NCBI GenBank assembly: GCA_965248265.1 | Contig: CBDFJF010000002.1 | Span: 2,656,001 to 2,720,000 of the forward strand | Origin: Candidatus Latescibacterota bacterium | Lineage (GTDB): Bacteria; Latescibacterota; UBA2968; UBA8231 | Length of the DNA: 64,000 nt | Direction of reading: 5' to 3' | Shown: in pieces, positions 1 to 9,289 of the stretch | Layout: the number at the start of each line of letters is the position of its first letter | Numbering within the stretch: position 1 is the stretch's first letter | Notes under the pieces: generated by a model | Databases searched by the model: none | Told to the model about the DNA's origin: nothing | The model's input: only the letters and a program-made list of their open reading frames with translations | Made by a program: the position numbers and the translations under genes

Positions 1-663
1 CGTGTCGAAATCCTCCTCACGAGCCCGCTCTCTATAGGATCTGAACAGCCAGTGGAAGGCCCACCCCCAAAGCCACATCAGCAAGCACTTCTCGGTTAGG
101 CCATTCTCTGCCAATTCCGCCGCAGTAAGCTCGGAGACCTTCCACGGCAATGAGCGAGTGAGCCTGACCCACGGTAAGCCCGCAGCAAGCGCTGCGGTCA
201 CGTGAACGTGAAGATCGACACAGGTATCCGCCATATCACTACTAGACCACGGTGCACCGTCCTCGATGAGTTCAAGGGCCACATCCGGAGCAACGTCGTG
301 CTCAACACAGACGATCACGACCAGCGCAGACGGATCTAGAAGTCGGCCAAGGTACGGAAGGTATTCCTCTACTCCAAGGTCACGATGACCAATATGCATG
401 GGGCGCCAAACGGCTCGGGGTCGTCTAATGTCGATAGAAGCACTACCGAGGTCAGCGAGATGCTGGAGTGCGTCCTTCCCTGGATGCCACACTGGCTCCG
501 TGAAGTACGCGTCCGGAACCCTCTGGCCAAGAGAGCCTTCGATGGGCCGTCTCACTCTGCCTGGCGCCGGCAATCGCCCACCTTCGATGGACTCTTCGGC
601 CGAAGCGAAAGGCCAGATATAGATCGCGAGAGACGGATCAACCTGCCCCATGCTCGGAGTCAT
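1..663 (-). CDS. rdrB: Putative RADAR adenosine deaminase RdrB-like protein, N-terminal 221 aa (runs off window start; not in ORF track)
   Basis: Hand translation from ATG 663-661, which overlaps the ATPase stop (TGATG), is open to base 1: MTPSMGQVDPSLAIYIWPFAS...CVDLHVHVTAALAAGLPWVRL. HxH metal motif at 210-202 and gene order match RADAR. Confidence 0.65.
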   Translation of the reverse strand, partial: MTPSMGQVDPSLAIYIWPFASAEESIEGGRLPAPGRVRRPIEGSLGQRVPDAYFTEPVWHPGKDALQHLADLGSASIDIRRPRAVWRPMHIGHRDLGVEEYLPYLGRLLDPSALVVIVCVEHDVAPDVALELIEDGAPWSSSDMADTCVDLHVHVTAALAAGLPWVRLTRSLPWKVSELTAAELAENGLTEKCLLMWLWGWAFHWLFRSYRERAREEDFDT

Positions 664-2999
664 CACGGGTTTGTTCTACTCTCGCTGCTCGGTTTCTTAG
701 GCATTTGCTGGCCGTGGACGAGTTCTGACAACTCCCTTTCCTTCACCGCAATGCTCTCAGGAACCAGGCCCACCTGTTCAAGGGCGTTTCGCAGCGCCAG
801 CCACTGGGGGCTAGGATCTATCGTCTGCGAGTCTACCAGAATTTTTTGTAGGGCGAGGTGCTCCCCCTGGGCGATAAATCGTTGTACCAACTCCGGCCGC
901 AATTCCTGAAGAGCTCCGGTTGCCCTCTTGCTTGCGGTAGAGTCCTGCCTCAATGTCACGAGTATGTCTCTGGCGGCGTGCGCCTTTTCCAGCCTCTCAT
1001 CAAAGTCGGTCTCTGGTTGAACCTCCGAGAAGAGCGCTCGTGTCAATCGAAGGATTCCTTCGACTGGCACTTCTGCCTTCTGGAAATGGGACGCTATCAT
1101 AGGCATGTTCGCCAGAAATCGCTCAATGTTGATCGCGCTCATTCGTGCTGCACCGTCGCGGTCTTGAAACTTCCGCGTGAAGTTGCGGATGCGCGGCACT
1201 GCCCACTCTTGCATCTCATCCCAAGCAGAATCCTCCCTGAAGTTCCGATACGTCGCGAGCCTCAGCGACAGCCGTTGTGCCAACAGAAGCGAGAAGACGA
1301 TCCTCAGATAGCAGTGCATCATCGCCGAAGCCACGTGACGCCAATGCAGTCGATCTGGCTGCGACAAAAAGCATTTATCAAATACGTGATTAACCACAGA
1401 GCTCACTAAGTCGTGCTGCCAGAACTCGTCGAACTCGACGGATGGCAGTGAGATCTCATCGATGCGGAAATTTACACCGTCCACACCGCCTGGCAGAGCA
1501 AGTTTCCCAGTTGGGTATGGAAGATCGGCAATTGTCTGAGAGACATCGTGAAGAAGAAGAACTGCCTGAGACGTCGACTGCTTCCATCTACTGTTGGCGA
1601 GCTGACGCATGCGAAGTAGCTCCCACGGGCCCATTTTCGTTATAGCGAAAGCTTTTCCAGGGGCTGCTGCCCCCCAGTCAAAGCTGATCTGCTCCTCCTC
1701 CCGGTCGATCATAGAAGCGATCTCCGAACTCGACGCGGCGTCAACGACGCACTGGTAATCAACGATGTCTTGAGCCAAGGAGAGGAACGAATGCACGTAA
1801 GACTTGGAACGTGCGTCCAGAGAAGAGCGCGAGCTGGAAGCCACAGTTTCTGATGCGAATGACTGCACCTGGCGCTGGAATATAAGACTCAAAGACCTCA
1901 AGTGCCGCGGATTCGCTGTGAACATGGATACATACGGCGAATGGGCTCGCATGCCTCTGAGCTCCCCCGTCAATGCCCAGCTCCAGTCGAAGTACCCCAA
2001 CAGAGTGGATGGCGTCAGGTACCCGGGCTGCCTTCGAATGGGAAACCTGTCGAGGATGACGCTCAGGCTGTCGGAACCCCTGTCGCTTCGAAAGGACAGG
2101 ATCTCATTACGCTCCCAGGGTTGCACGAAAATCCGCCCTTCGTAGGGTAGTAGCTTTACCATCTGCTCCACAGCCTCGTTCTGAGGAAGCACAGAATGCT
2201 CTTCGCTATCCTTGTTGTTGTCTATGCTAGTATTTTGCTCAGGCGCCGCGACCCCGGATGAGGCTGCATTGTCAGAAAGAATTGTGTTAAGGACCATTCT
2301 TTCGTCAGCGCTGACCAAAAACACGGTACGGGGATGACAGGAGAGCATCCACAAATCTCGAATGACATTCGCCGAGTCGTTAGGCCTTAGGTCGACATCA
2401 TCTACTGGAACCACGAGCAACGGGTTGCCACGCCGCTGTCCGAGTTCCAGGGACAAATCTAGCAGGCCGGAAGCCAATAGCTCCCAGCATTTTTGTGCGT
2501 CATAGCCTGCTGAATAGGTCTGTACCACTGTCGAAAGCTCTCGATTCTGGGTATACGGGCTCCCCTCTCGCTGGGGGGCGAGCTCGAGCAGACCGGCCAT
2601 GCGGCGGAGTCTCTCCCAGGTTGCTTCAAGTGTCGTTAATTCTGGTGTGCTTGGTTGTGTCTCTGTCCGTTCGGCCTCAAGCAGGAGGTTTCGGAGGGGC
2701 GACTCTATCGCTGCTAGTAGGATCGAGAGGGCAGAATCGCCTGGCCAGAAGACTTCTGGCTCAAGCACTTCGATCACGAGATCCTCTCCTCGCTCCTCGA
2801 GGGCCCGACGGACTCCGCGAAGGATGGTGGTCTTTCCTGACCCGCGATTACCTAGGAGAGAGATCAGATTAGGCATTGGCGCTTGAACCGATTTGCGCGA
2901 CGAGAGAACAGGCTTCTGGTAAGCCCTGTCTCGATTTTGATCAATCTGCGACACGATCGAACTCACGGCGTCCTGTTGCCGACCGCTCAGGCTGTTCAT
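663..2999 (-). CDS. rdrA: P-loop NTPase, RADAR RdrA-like (KAP/AAA+ type)
   Basis: Walker A ISLLGNRGSGKTT, Walker B LVVPVDDVDL, downstream EQMVKLLPYEGRI motif; 778 aa; coupled to an HxH ORF. Confidence 0.65.
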   Translation of the reverse strand: MNSLSGRQQDAVSSIVSQIDQNRDRAYQKPVLSSRKSVQAPMPNLISLLGNRGSGKTTILRGVRRALEERGEDLVIEVLEPEVFWPGDSALSILLAAIESPLRNLLLEAERTETQPSTPELTTLEATWERLRRMAGLLELAPQREGSPYTQNRELSTVVQTYSAGYDAQKCWELLASGLLDLSLELGQRRGNPLLVVPVDDVDLRPNDSANVIRDLWMLSCHPRTVFLVSADERMVLNTILSDNAASSGVAAPEQNTSIDNNKDSEEHSVLPQNEAVEQMVKLLPYEGRIFVQPWERNEILSFRSDRGSDSLSVILDRFPIRRQPGYLTPSTLLGYFDWSWALTGELRGMRAHSPYVSMFTANPRHLRSLSLIFQRQVQSFASETVASSSRSSLDARSKSYVHSFLSLAQDIVDYQCVVDAASSSEIASMIDREEEQISFDWGAAAPGKAFAITKMGPWELLRMRQLANSRWKQSTSQAVLLLHDVSQTIADLPYPTGKLALPGGVDGVNFRIDEISLPSVEFDEFWQHDLVSSVVNHVFDKCFLSQPDRLHWRHVASAMMHCYLRIVFSLLLAQRLSLRLATYRNFREDSAWDEMQEWAVPRIRNFTRKFQDRDGAARMSAINIERFLANMPMIASHFQKAEVPVEGILRLTRALFSEVQPETDFDERLEKAHAARDILVTLRQDSTASKRATGALQELRPELVQRFIAQGEHLALQKILVDSQTIDPSPQWLALRNALEQVGLVPESIAVKERELSELVHGQQMPKKPSSESRTNP

Positions 3000-3089
3000 G
3001 TTCCTCTCCTCTTCATGTTCCTCTCCATTGGCTAGTGGAAACCCTTCACAAGAATCAGGTATCGTCTGGGGTGGGTCAAGAAATTCCTC

Positions 3090-3190
3090 CCCTCGCCATA
3101 CCCGGTAAGCCCCACTATACCCATCCCGCCCTTCACAAAAGCCTCAAGTTTTCATTCGACACCAAGCCTCAAGCGATCTTGACTATTTAT
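3090..3190 (+). mobile_element. IS91/ISCR-family oriIS-proximal remnant, interrupted by IS1111-type copy A
   Basis: Near-identical to 4333-4430 and 52968-53050 (ttttcattcgacaccaag..gcgatcttgacta), which follow an IS91 transposase 3' end or lead to a ...cctatac tip. Confidence 0.7.
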
Positions 3191-3214
3191 CTCTTTAGGC
3201 GGAAAAGTGCAAGG

Positions 3215-3400
3215 TTTCTTTTCTGCAATTCGGAGGATTTCTTCAACTTGCAATAATCTCATTTCGGTCTTCAGTAGAGACCTTCATACTGTTCCGGCCA
3301 GAAGCCGAGCCAGAGGGACAGAGTGTAACGTGGGTGATCTTCCCGAAGGAGTCACGAATAAATAGCGGTCATCTCTGGCCCAGTTCCTCGTTGTTCGTCT
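3215..3400 (-). ncRNA. Predicted bridge/seek RNA of IS1111-type copy A
   Basis: Downstream non-coding region with two hairpin-closed loops. 3358-3365 is the exact reverse complement of the element's flank 3183-3190. Boundaries approximate. Confidence 0.7.
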
Positions 3401-3402
3401 TC

Positions 3403-4192
3403 TCAGGCGGCCGCCCGTTCGTATGATGCGGCACAGGTGAAGTGGCGTTCGGCGTTAAATGCTTGTCCGGAGCGGTACCAACCGTGAAGTTTTCGCAGGA
3501 AGTGCCTCATGACGGCGGTCATGGCTTTCTGTCCGGGCATGGAAAGGCGTTTGCTTCGGTAGTAGTCGCCGTACAGACCCGTTCTACGCACCAGGGGAAA
3601 GATGACCTGGCTGGGAATCTTACGCAGGAGAGCCCTTCCCTTCTTGGAGATTCTGTATTGCTCTCGATACTGACCGGATTGACGCATCTGAATATTGAGA
3701 CCGGCGTAGCGCATGAGCATACGCCAGCTGGTGAAATCGCTGAGTGGTCCGGTTTCACCGATGAGGCGAGCCAAATTCTTGGCTGATGACGCCCGAGGTC
3801 GGAGCGGGTAGGCTCGGATCTTTCTGACGCAGACGCCGCAAGAGCGAAATCAAGCGCTTTTCCAAGATCGCCTTGCGTTGCTCGTAGAGCAGGAACTCCT
3901 CCCACAGCTGGCTGAGGTCGACCTCGAGGAGATCGATGTATTCGGGTGTGAGTTGATGACGGGCGGTGGAGGTTGCGTCCTCCCAGAGCCGGTCCAGCGA
4001 GCACTGCCGGATACGCGGCGCCCGCCGCCGCATGGCCCGCTCGAAGCGGGTACGGCCCGCACGGACGATGCGATAGGGATTGCATCGATACTTATCGATC
4101 AAGGCGCGACCCGAGGTGCTGTAGAGAAAGCTCTTGGTGAAGGAGAAGTCGCAAAACAGCTCCATCAGCACGCGATGCAGTCGGCCACGCAC
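3403..4192 (-). pseudogene. IS110-family recombinase pseudogene (C-terminal half, frameshift near 3780)
   Basis: YAGL..RQSGQ motif; 2-bp deletion relative to the intact copy; DEDD RuvC half is missing. Confidence 0.9.
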
Positions 4193-4257
4193 GTTTGGAT
4201 ACCGGTCGGCCAAAGGCTGCTGAGATCTGCGGATAATCATGTTTTTCCGAAGGCCTT

Positions 4258-4430
4258 CCCAGCAATCCGAGTTCGAATACACGGCCTGATCGCAGCACCG
4301 CTTGATCCCACAGGATCGATGCGCCTGAATCGACCCTCGCCTGCCCGGCAAGCCCCAATATACGCATCCCGCCCCTCATAAAAGCCTCAAGTTTTCATTC
4401 GACACCAAGCCGCAAGCGATCTTGACTATC
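4258..4430 (+). mobile_element. IS91-family remnant (transposase last codons QQSEFEYTA* plus ori-proximal region)
   Basis: Matches the QQSEFEYAA* end at 52788 and the ori-proximal block at 3090-3190. Confidence 0.7.
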
Positions 4431-5278
4431 TATATGGCCGCTGATCAGGGTCACGCGCGCGGCCGCAAAGCGACCTCTGGTGGCTGGCATGAGGTCCCAC
4501 TCAATTCGTTAGATTGCGCGTAGCACGTGGGGGTAGCGCGTGCACGAGAGCCGATAATCAAAGACTGTCATGCGTACCCGCGCAAAGCCCTTCATCGTCC
4601 TCGTCGAACGCTTCTACCCCCGATCCGTTCGTCTTCGCCTCGTCCTGACGTTCGTCGCCGGGCTGATGGCGCTGGGGCTGACTGACCGGCGGAAGTCCTC
4701 GTTGCATGGGGTGAGGGACTCAAGGGGCTCCTTACCTTCATGACACAGATCGCATTGACTCTCGTCACTGCGCACGCACTGGCTCACACCGACACGATTC
4801 GTGCTGCACTTGCCTGCACTCAAGGCAGCGTGTCTAGTGCCCCAGCTTCTCGATCTCCCGCTGAATGAGGGTGGAGCCGGTAGCCAACGCCGAGTACGCC
4901 GCCGCTGCGCCTCAGCACGAATAAGCCGGACAGGCGGTTGCCCGGCCTCGGCGACGGAACGACCTTCTCTCCGACGCCCATCGACCGAGCAACCGCCGTC
5001 CACAGTGCACTCACGAGTAATCGTGAGAGACCCGCGCGGGTTCGGTCGTCTCAGACCACGGAGACGAGGATGCCGGATCGGAACCCACAGCCAACCGGTC
5101 GCTTCTGCGCTGGTGTTGGCCTCCGTCCGCCGAACAAGGCTGTGAGGGACTTAGCCACAAGCCATGGCGCCACGACCGGGCGTCTGCGAAGGGCACGATC
5201 CACCATCAACAGCCCCCATGTTTTTCGAAGTGAGCCGCTTCTCCTCGACGTCGCACGCCACACGGGTCCTGTCATCAG

Positions 5279-6307
5279 TTGGAAGGACATTCTTCTACGG
5301 TTTTGAAAACGTCCAGTTTTGAGAGCAGCGCTTTGGCTACGGAGGAGGAGGAGGAGGTACGCCGAATCCAGCAAGGTGACGAACGGGCATGGGCCGATTT
5401 TCTGGCGCGTCACTCGGATCTGATCTTCACCAAGGCGAGCCAGTACTGTCGCCTTTCGAAGGTCCTTGCCGGTGGCCTCGACTGGAGGGATGAGCGCGAT
5501 GAGCTTTACCTGTTCATGGCCCAGGCCCTGCGGCGGAGTCTGAATTCATTCCGCATGACCTGCCAACCGCGGACGTGGGTTTTCGCCGTACTTGGTAACC
5601 GCAAGCAAGTCGTGAAAGCCTATCTCCTGCACAAGGCCCCGGCCCGGGCGGACGTGCGCCTGCCCAAGATCATGGAGTCGAGGACGGCCCTGGAGAAGCA
5701 GATTTTCAGGCGGCTTATCTGGGGTATTGATCCTGCCCATATCGCCCTGGAACTGCAAACGGAAGAGGACCAGTGTGCCGAGGTGGAAGCGCTGCTCCGG
5801 CAGCACAGTCCGCGCGTCTACGAGCGCATGCTAGGCAACCGGGTGGCGTTGGAGCCGACGCTGAGCGTTGATGACGTTGACGAGCGCGGTGGAGGACTAC
5901 TCAAGTTTACCGCCGACGCGCCAAATCCGGAGGAACTGTTTGAGTCAAAGGCTGTGAAGCAGATCGTGCAGCAGTCGCTGGCCGATGCCCTCGACAAGCT
6001 CACCACTCCGGAACGCCGGGTGCTGGTCCTGCTCTACAGCCAGGGTATGAGCGCGGCTGACATCGTTGCCCTGGCCGCAAGTGATCCCACGCTTCTCGAA
6101 GGTGAGATCGGCAACGTCAATCAGTGCTACTACATCAAGGATCGCGCGCTCGAAAAGATCGCTGGTGTCATGACATGCGAGCTGGTCAGGGCCTTTGACG
6201 AGGAGTTGGTAACATCCCAGTCCAGACGGGTTTACCAGTGTATCGAGGCCCTTCTGAAAGAGCGCGGATTTCCCGCATCAAGGTTGGACAGGAGTTCGGG
6301 GAGATGA
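5279..6307 (+). CDS. Sigma-70/ECF-like RNA polymerase sigma factor (start uncertain)
   Basis: Region-2-like GDERAWADFLARHSDLIF; region-4-like LDKLTTPERRVLVLLYSQGMSAADI. Confidence 0.75.
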   Translation: MEGHSSTVLKTSSFESSALATEEEEEVRRIQQGDERAWADFLARHSDLIFTKASQYCRLSKVLAGGLDWRDERDELYLFMAQALRRSLNSFRMTCQPRTWVFAVLGNRKQVVKAYLLHKAPARADVRLPKIMESRTALEKQIFRRLIWGIDPAHIALELQTEEDQCAEVEALLRQHSPRVYERMLGNRVALEPTLSVDDVDERGGGLLKFTADAPNPEELFESKAVKQIVQQSLADALDKLTTPERRVLVLLYSQGMSAADIVALAASDPTLLEGEIGNVNQCYYIKDRALEKIAGVMTCELVRAFDEELVTSQSRRVYQCIEALLKERGFPASRLDRSSGR

Positions 6308-6331
6308 ACTATCATTCTACTGGCGCGACGT

Positions 6332-7288
6332 TTGTCGCTCCAAGAACAGTTAACGGTCAGGCTGAGGGCGTCGAAGGGAGTGTTCGAGTCGATGGTTGAC
6401 GAAGCAAGACCCAACTCCACGGCCTGTCCCGATCTGGAGCAATGGAGCGCTTACGTGGAGGCTTCCGTTGAGGAGCGGATGGACAGTCCTCTGGGAGAGC
6501 ACCTGTCGCGCTGCGATCATTGCTTCTCCACGGTTGCGGCGCTTGAGCAGTCTCTTTCTTCCACTGACGAGGCAGAGCAGGAGGTCACGCCGCCGGATCT
6601 CCTGCGCCGAGCGGCCGCATCCGGGATGAGACCAGCGCGCAGACTCTACTGGTACGCGGCGGCGGCGTTGGCGGTGATCCTGCTCGGATCCTGGTACGCG
6701 AACAGACAGGAGCGTGATAACCTGATACCTGCAGGGGAACAACTGACAGAACAGCCGGTCACTGGCGATGGCGTGTTCGGATTCGCGGGAAAAGGGGAAG
6801 AGTCGGTCTCCGGGCAGCTTCACAGCCTGGTGGTCTTTGCCGGATTCGGTGAAGGAGAATCGAGTGCGCCTCCGGGTTGGGGGGAGCAGGAGTTGACAGG
6901 GGCCGCAACGGGTGTGTTGGGAACCGTGCTTCCCAGGCGTTACACGGTAGCCAGTACCGACTCGCTGGCGTCGTTCACCCTCGATATCCTCAGACAGGTC
7001 GATGGTGATGTCGATCTGCAGCGCTTTGACAAAGACGACGACAGCAACGTGGACTACGTGTTCCTTGTGTTGAGTCCGGAGGCGGCGTCGCTCCTTTCAC
7101 CAAATGAAGTGAGAGCGGGAATCGGCATCGGAGAGGACTTCCACTCAAGCGACCCGGCACGCAACGGCGGTACAGTTCGGATCCGGGCGGACGCGGCCTG
7201 GGGTTGCGTGGTGCGTGAGGGCACGATGGAGCAAACGGCGACAGCGATGGCGAAGGGATACCGGGCGAGCATGGATACTCGGCGTTGA
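6332..7288 (+). CDS. Zinc-finger (zf-HC2) anti-sigma factor, single TM, extracytoplasmic domain resembling an M6 peptidase fragment
   Basis: HLSRCDHC; TM YWYAAAALAVILLGSW; VDGDVDLQRFDKDDDSNVDYVFLV. True start may be ATG 6392. Confidence 0.7.
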   Translation: MSLQEQLTVRLRASKGVFESMVDEARPNSTACPDLEQWSAYVEASVEERMDSPLGEHLSRCDHCFSTVAALEQSLSSTDEAEQEVTPPDLLRRAAASGMRPARRLYWYAAAALAVILLGSWYANRQERDNLIPAGEQLTEQPVTGDGVFGFAGKGEESVSGQLHSLVVFAGFGEGESSAPPGWGEQELTGAATGVLGTVLPRRYTVASTDSLASFTLDILRQVDGDVDLQRFDKDDDSNVDYVFLVLSPEAASLLSPNEVRAGIGIGEDFHSSDPARNGGTVRIRADAAWGCVVREGTMEQTATAMAKGYRASMDTRR

Positions 7289-7502
7289 GCTCGCAGCGTT
7301 TGGCATCGCCATGGTCACCACGGCGACTCCGGTACCACTGGCGGGCAGAGCTTGCCCTTCGATGATTCCGCAATCGAACGCCGTCACCTTTAACGCAAGT
7401 TCATTCTGTCAACGCATTTCGACAAAGAGGGCTGGCCTCTAGAATGGGATTTAACGTAATTGGAGTTTCCGACCCAAACCTATACCAAGCCAGGCCCTGT
7501 TA

Positions 7503-9197
7503 ATGAACACAAGAGCCAACGCAGAGCCCGAACTGCTGACAAGGTTGCGCCGATCATTGGAGCAGACGGGTCTGGTTGCTGACCTGGAGTCCCTCGACTC
7601 GCCAGACCAGGTACCAACGGTAACGAACAACCTCGCGCAGACCACCCTTCGATATCTCCTCTCCGTAGACGCCGATGCAGGCGAGCGCATGTCGGACGAG
7701 TTGAGCGGTCTTCTCGGAGCTGACCAGTTCTCACTGCTGATGGAAGATACAGGGTACACGTTTCTGCACGTCGTTCAGTATCTCTACGAGTACTCGAAAC
7801 ATCACGCAAAAATCAGTGAGAGCCAGTATTTCTGTGCTGGCATGGGCCGCGGGGGTGGTGGTATTGAAGTAGCACCGAACGAGGAAGTCTTGAGCTTGAT
7901 TCTTCTGATGATGACGGCCCTACCGGCCGAGGGCGATTCGCACGGTATCAAGAGCTTGTTCGAAACGTTCGGTCCGATCATCCTCGGCAACGTATTTCCC
8001 GTTGGGAAATTCGAATTCGATCACCCATCGGATCGTGCAATGCGCATCACCCTGCGATATTCCGATCCGGAGGCGATGAAGTCGAGTCTACATCCGCTTG
8101 GTCTCAAAGCTGATATCGGGACATTCTTCCTGAATTCGGCTCTGCACATTGAGGGAGTCATTCAGCTGGGTCTGGACATTATCATCAAGGATGCGCCGCG
8201 TTCGGTCACTGTTTCCGGACTGATCGGGGATGGCGATGACGCCGACCGGCAATCGTTACAGGACGCGTGCTCATGCACGTGGGACATTAGCTGGGTGCCT
8301 GAAGTGGGATTAAACAAACTGGGAGAGGCAGATAAAATCCTAGCTCAAGGGCGAACCATATATGAGGCTTTTCTCCGTCGCGACCTCCAATACCATCAAC
8401 AACGCATCGCGAGTCTCGAGCTGCAGGTTCGGTCCCTGGAGCAGCGAGAACAGTACAGAGAGCTCGAGCAGGAATTGCAGACGGCACATACTTTGCAAAT
8501 GGGGTTGATGCCCAAAGAAATTCCCAGCGCACGTGGGATGGATCTGGCCGGCAGATGTCTACCCGCCAATCACGTCGGCGGAGATTTTTTCAAGTTCTTT
8601 CGTCGAACCGAGGGCAGGTTAACTGGTGTCCTGGCAGACGTCAGTGGGCATGCGATGGAGGCGGCTATCCCTTTGTTGGTCTTCAGCGGTATCCTCGAGA
8701 GCCAGATGGAAATGGGTGGCTCCGTCGGCGACATCATCGACCGCCTCAATAAGCTGCTCTGCAGGACACTGACCGGTCGTTCCTTCGTGTGTCTGTTGAT
8801 GGGTGAACTCGATCGCAAAAGGGGGCGACTGACCATATCCAACTGCGGTTGTCCGTATCCCTATCATTTCCGGGCAGCAACGCAGCAGATCTCAGAGATT
8901 GAACTCGATGGATATCCCCTGGGTATCAGTCCAACCGCTACCTTCGGGGTGTTGGAGACTCACGTCGAGCCGGGCGACTGGGTTACATTCTGTTCAGATG
9001 GAATAATCGAAGCTCGCAACAAGGACGATGAGCCCTTCGGTTTCGAGCGGACGGCGGATGTAATAAGCCAGGGATGTATGGCACAGAGTTCCGCATCGGC
9101 ATTGATTGATCATGTTCTACAACAGGTCCTGGATTTCACGGAAGGCGTTCCTCTGGCAGACGATCAGTCGATAGTCGTGTTGCGAGCTCAACAGTAG
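7503..9197 (+). CDS. SpoIIE/PP2C-type protein phosphatase with unknown N-terminal input domain
   Basis: VGGDFF, LADVSGH, CSDGIIEA and DDQSIVV motifs after a coiled coil. Confidence 0.9.
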   Translation: MNTRANAEPELLTRLRRSLEQTGLVADLESLDSPDQVPTVTNNLAQTTLRYLLSVDADAGERMSDELSGLLGADQFSLLMEDTGYTFLHVVQYLYEYSKHHAKISESQYFCAGMGRGGGGIEVAPNEEVLSLILLMMTALPAEGDSHGIKSLFETFGPIILGNVFPVGKFEFDHPSDRAMRITLRYSDPEAMKSSLHPLGLKADIGTFFLNSALHIEGVIQLGLDIIIKDAPRSVTVSGLIGDGDDADRQSLQDACSCTWDISWVPEVGLNKLGEADKILAQGRTIYEAFLRRDLQYHQQRIASLELQVRSLEQREQYRELEQELQTAHTLQMGLMPKEIPSARGMDLAGRCLPANHVGGDFFKFFRRTEGRLTGVLADVSGHAMEAAIPLLVFSGILESQMEMGGSVGDIIDRLNKLLCRTLTGRSFVCLLMGELDRKRGRLTISNCGCPYPYHFRAATQQISEIELDGYPLGISPTATFGVLETHVEPGDWVTFCSDGIIEARNKDDEPFGFERTADVISQGCMAQSSASALIDHVLQQVLDFTEGVPLADDQSIVVLRAQQ

Positions 9198-9289
9198 GTT
9201 TCAGTGCACCGATGCAAGTCCCCACACGGCGTGGTCGCAGGCAATGCCGTCCGTCGGCTCGCAGCGGAGCTTGCCGACTCGGAGCGTTG

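Larger units (their letters stand above)
3190..4192 (-). mobile_element. IS110-family (IS1111-type) element copy A, 5'-truncated
   Basis: High similarity to 33530-34540, including the end ctctttaggc; homology stops near 4192. Confidence 0.9.

Noticed and set aside
385-909. 174-aa plus-strand ORF
   Set aside because: Lies antisense to the coupled ATPase/deaminase genes and has no motifs.
4470-5270. Long intergenic stretch as possible ncRNA or small genes
   Set aside because: No recognisable RNA family, convincing ORF or repeat structure.
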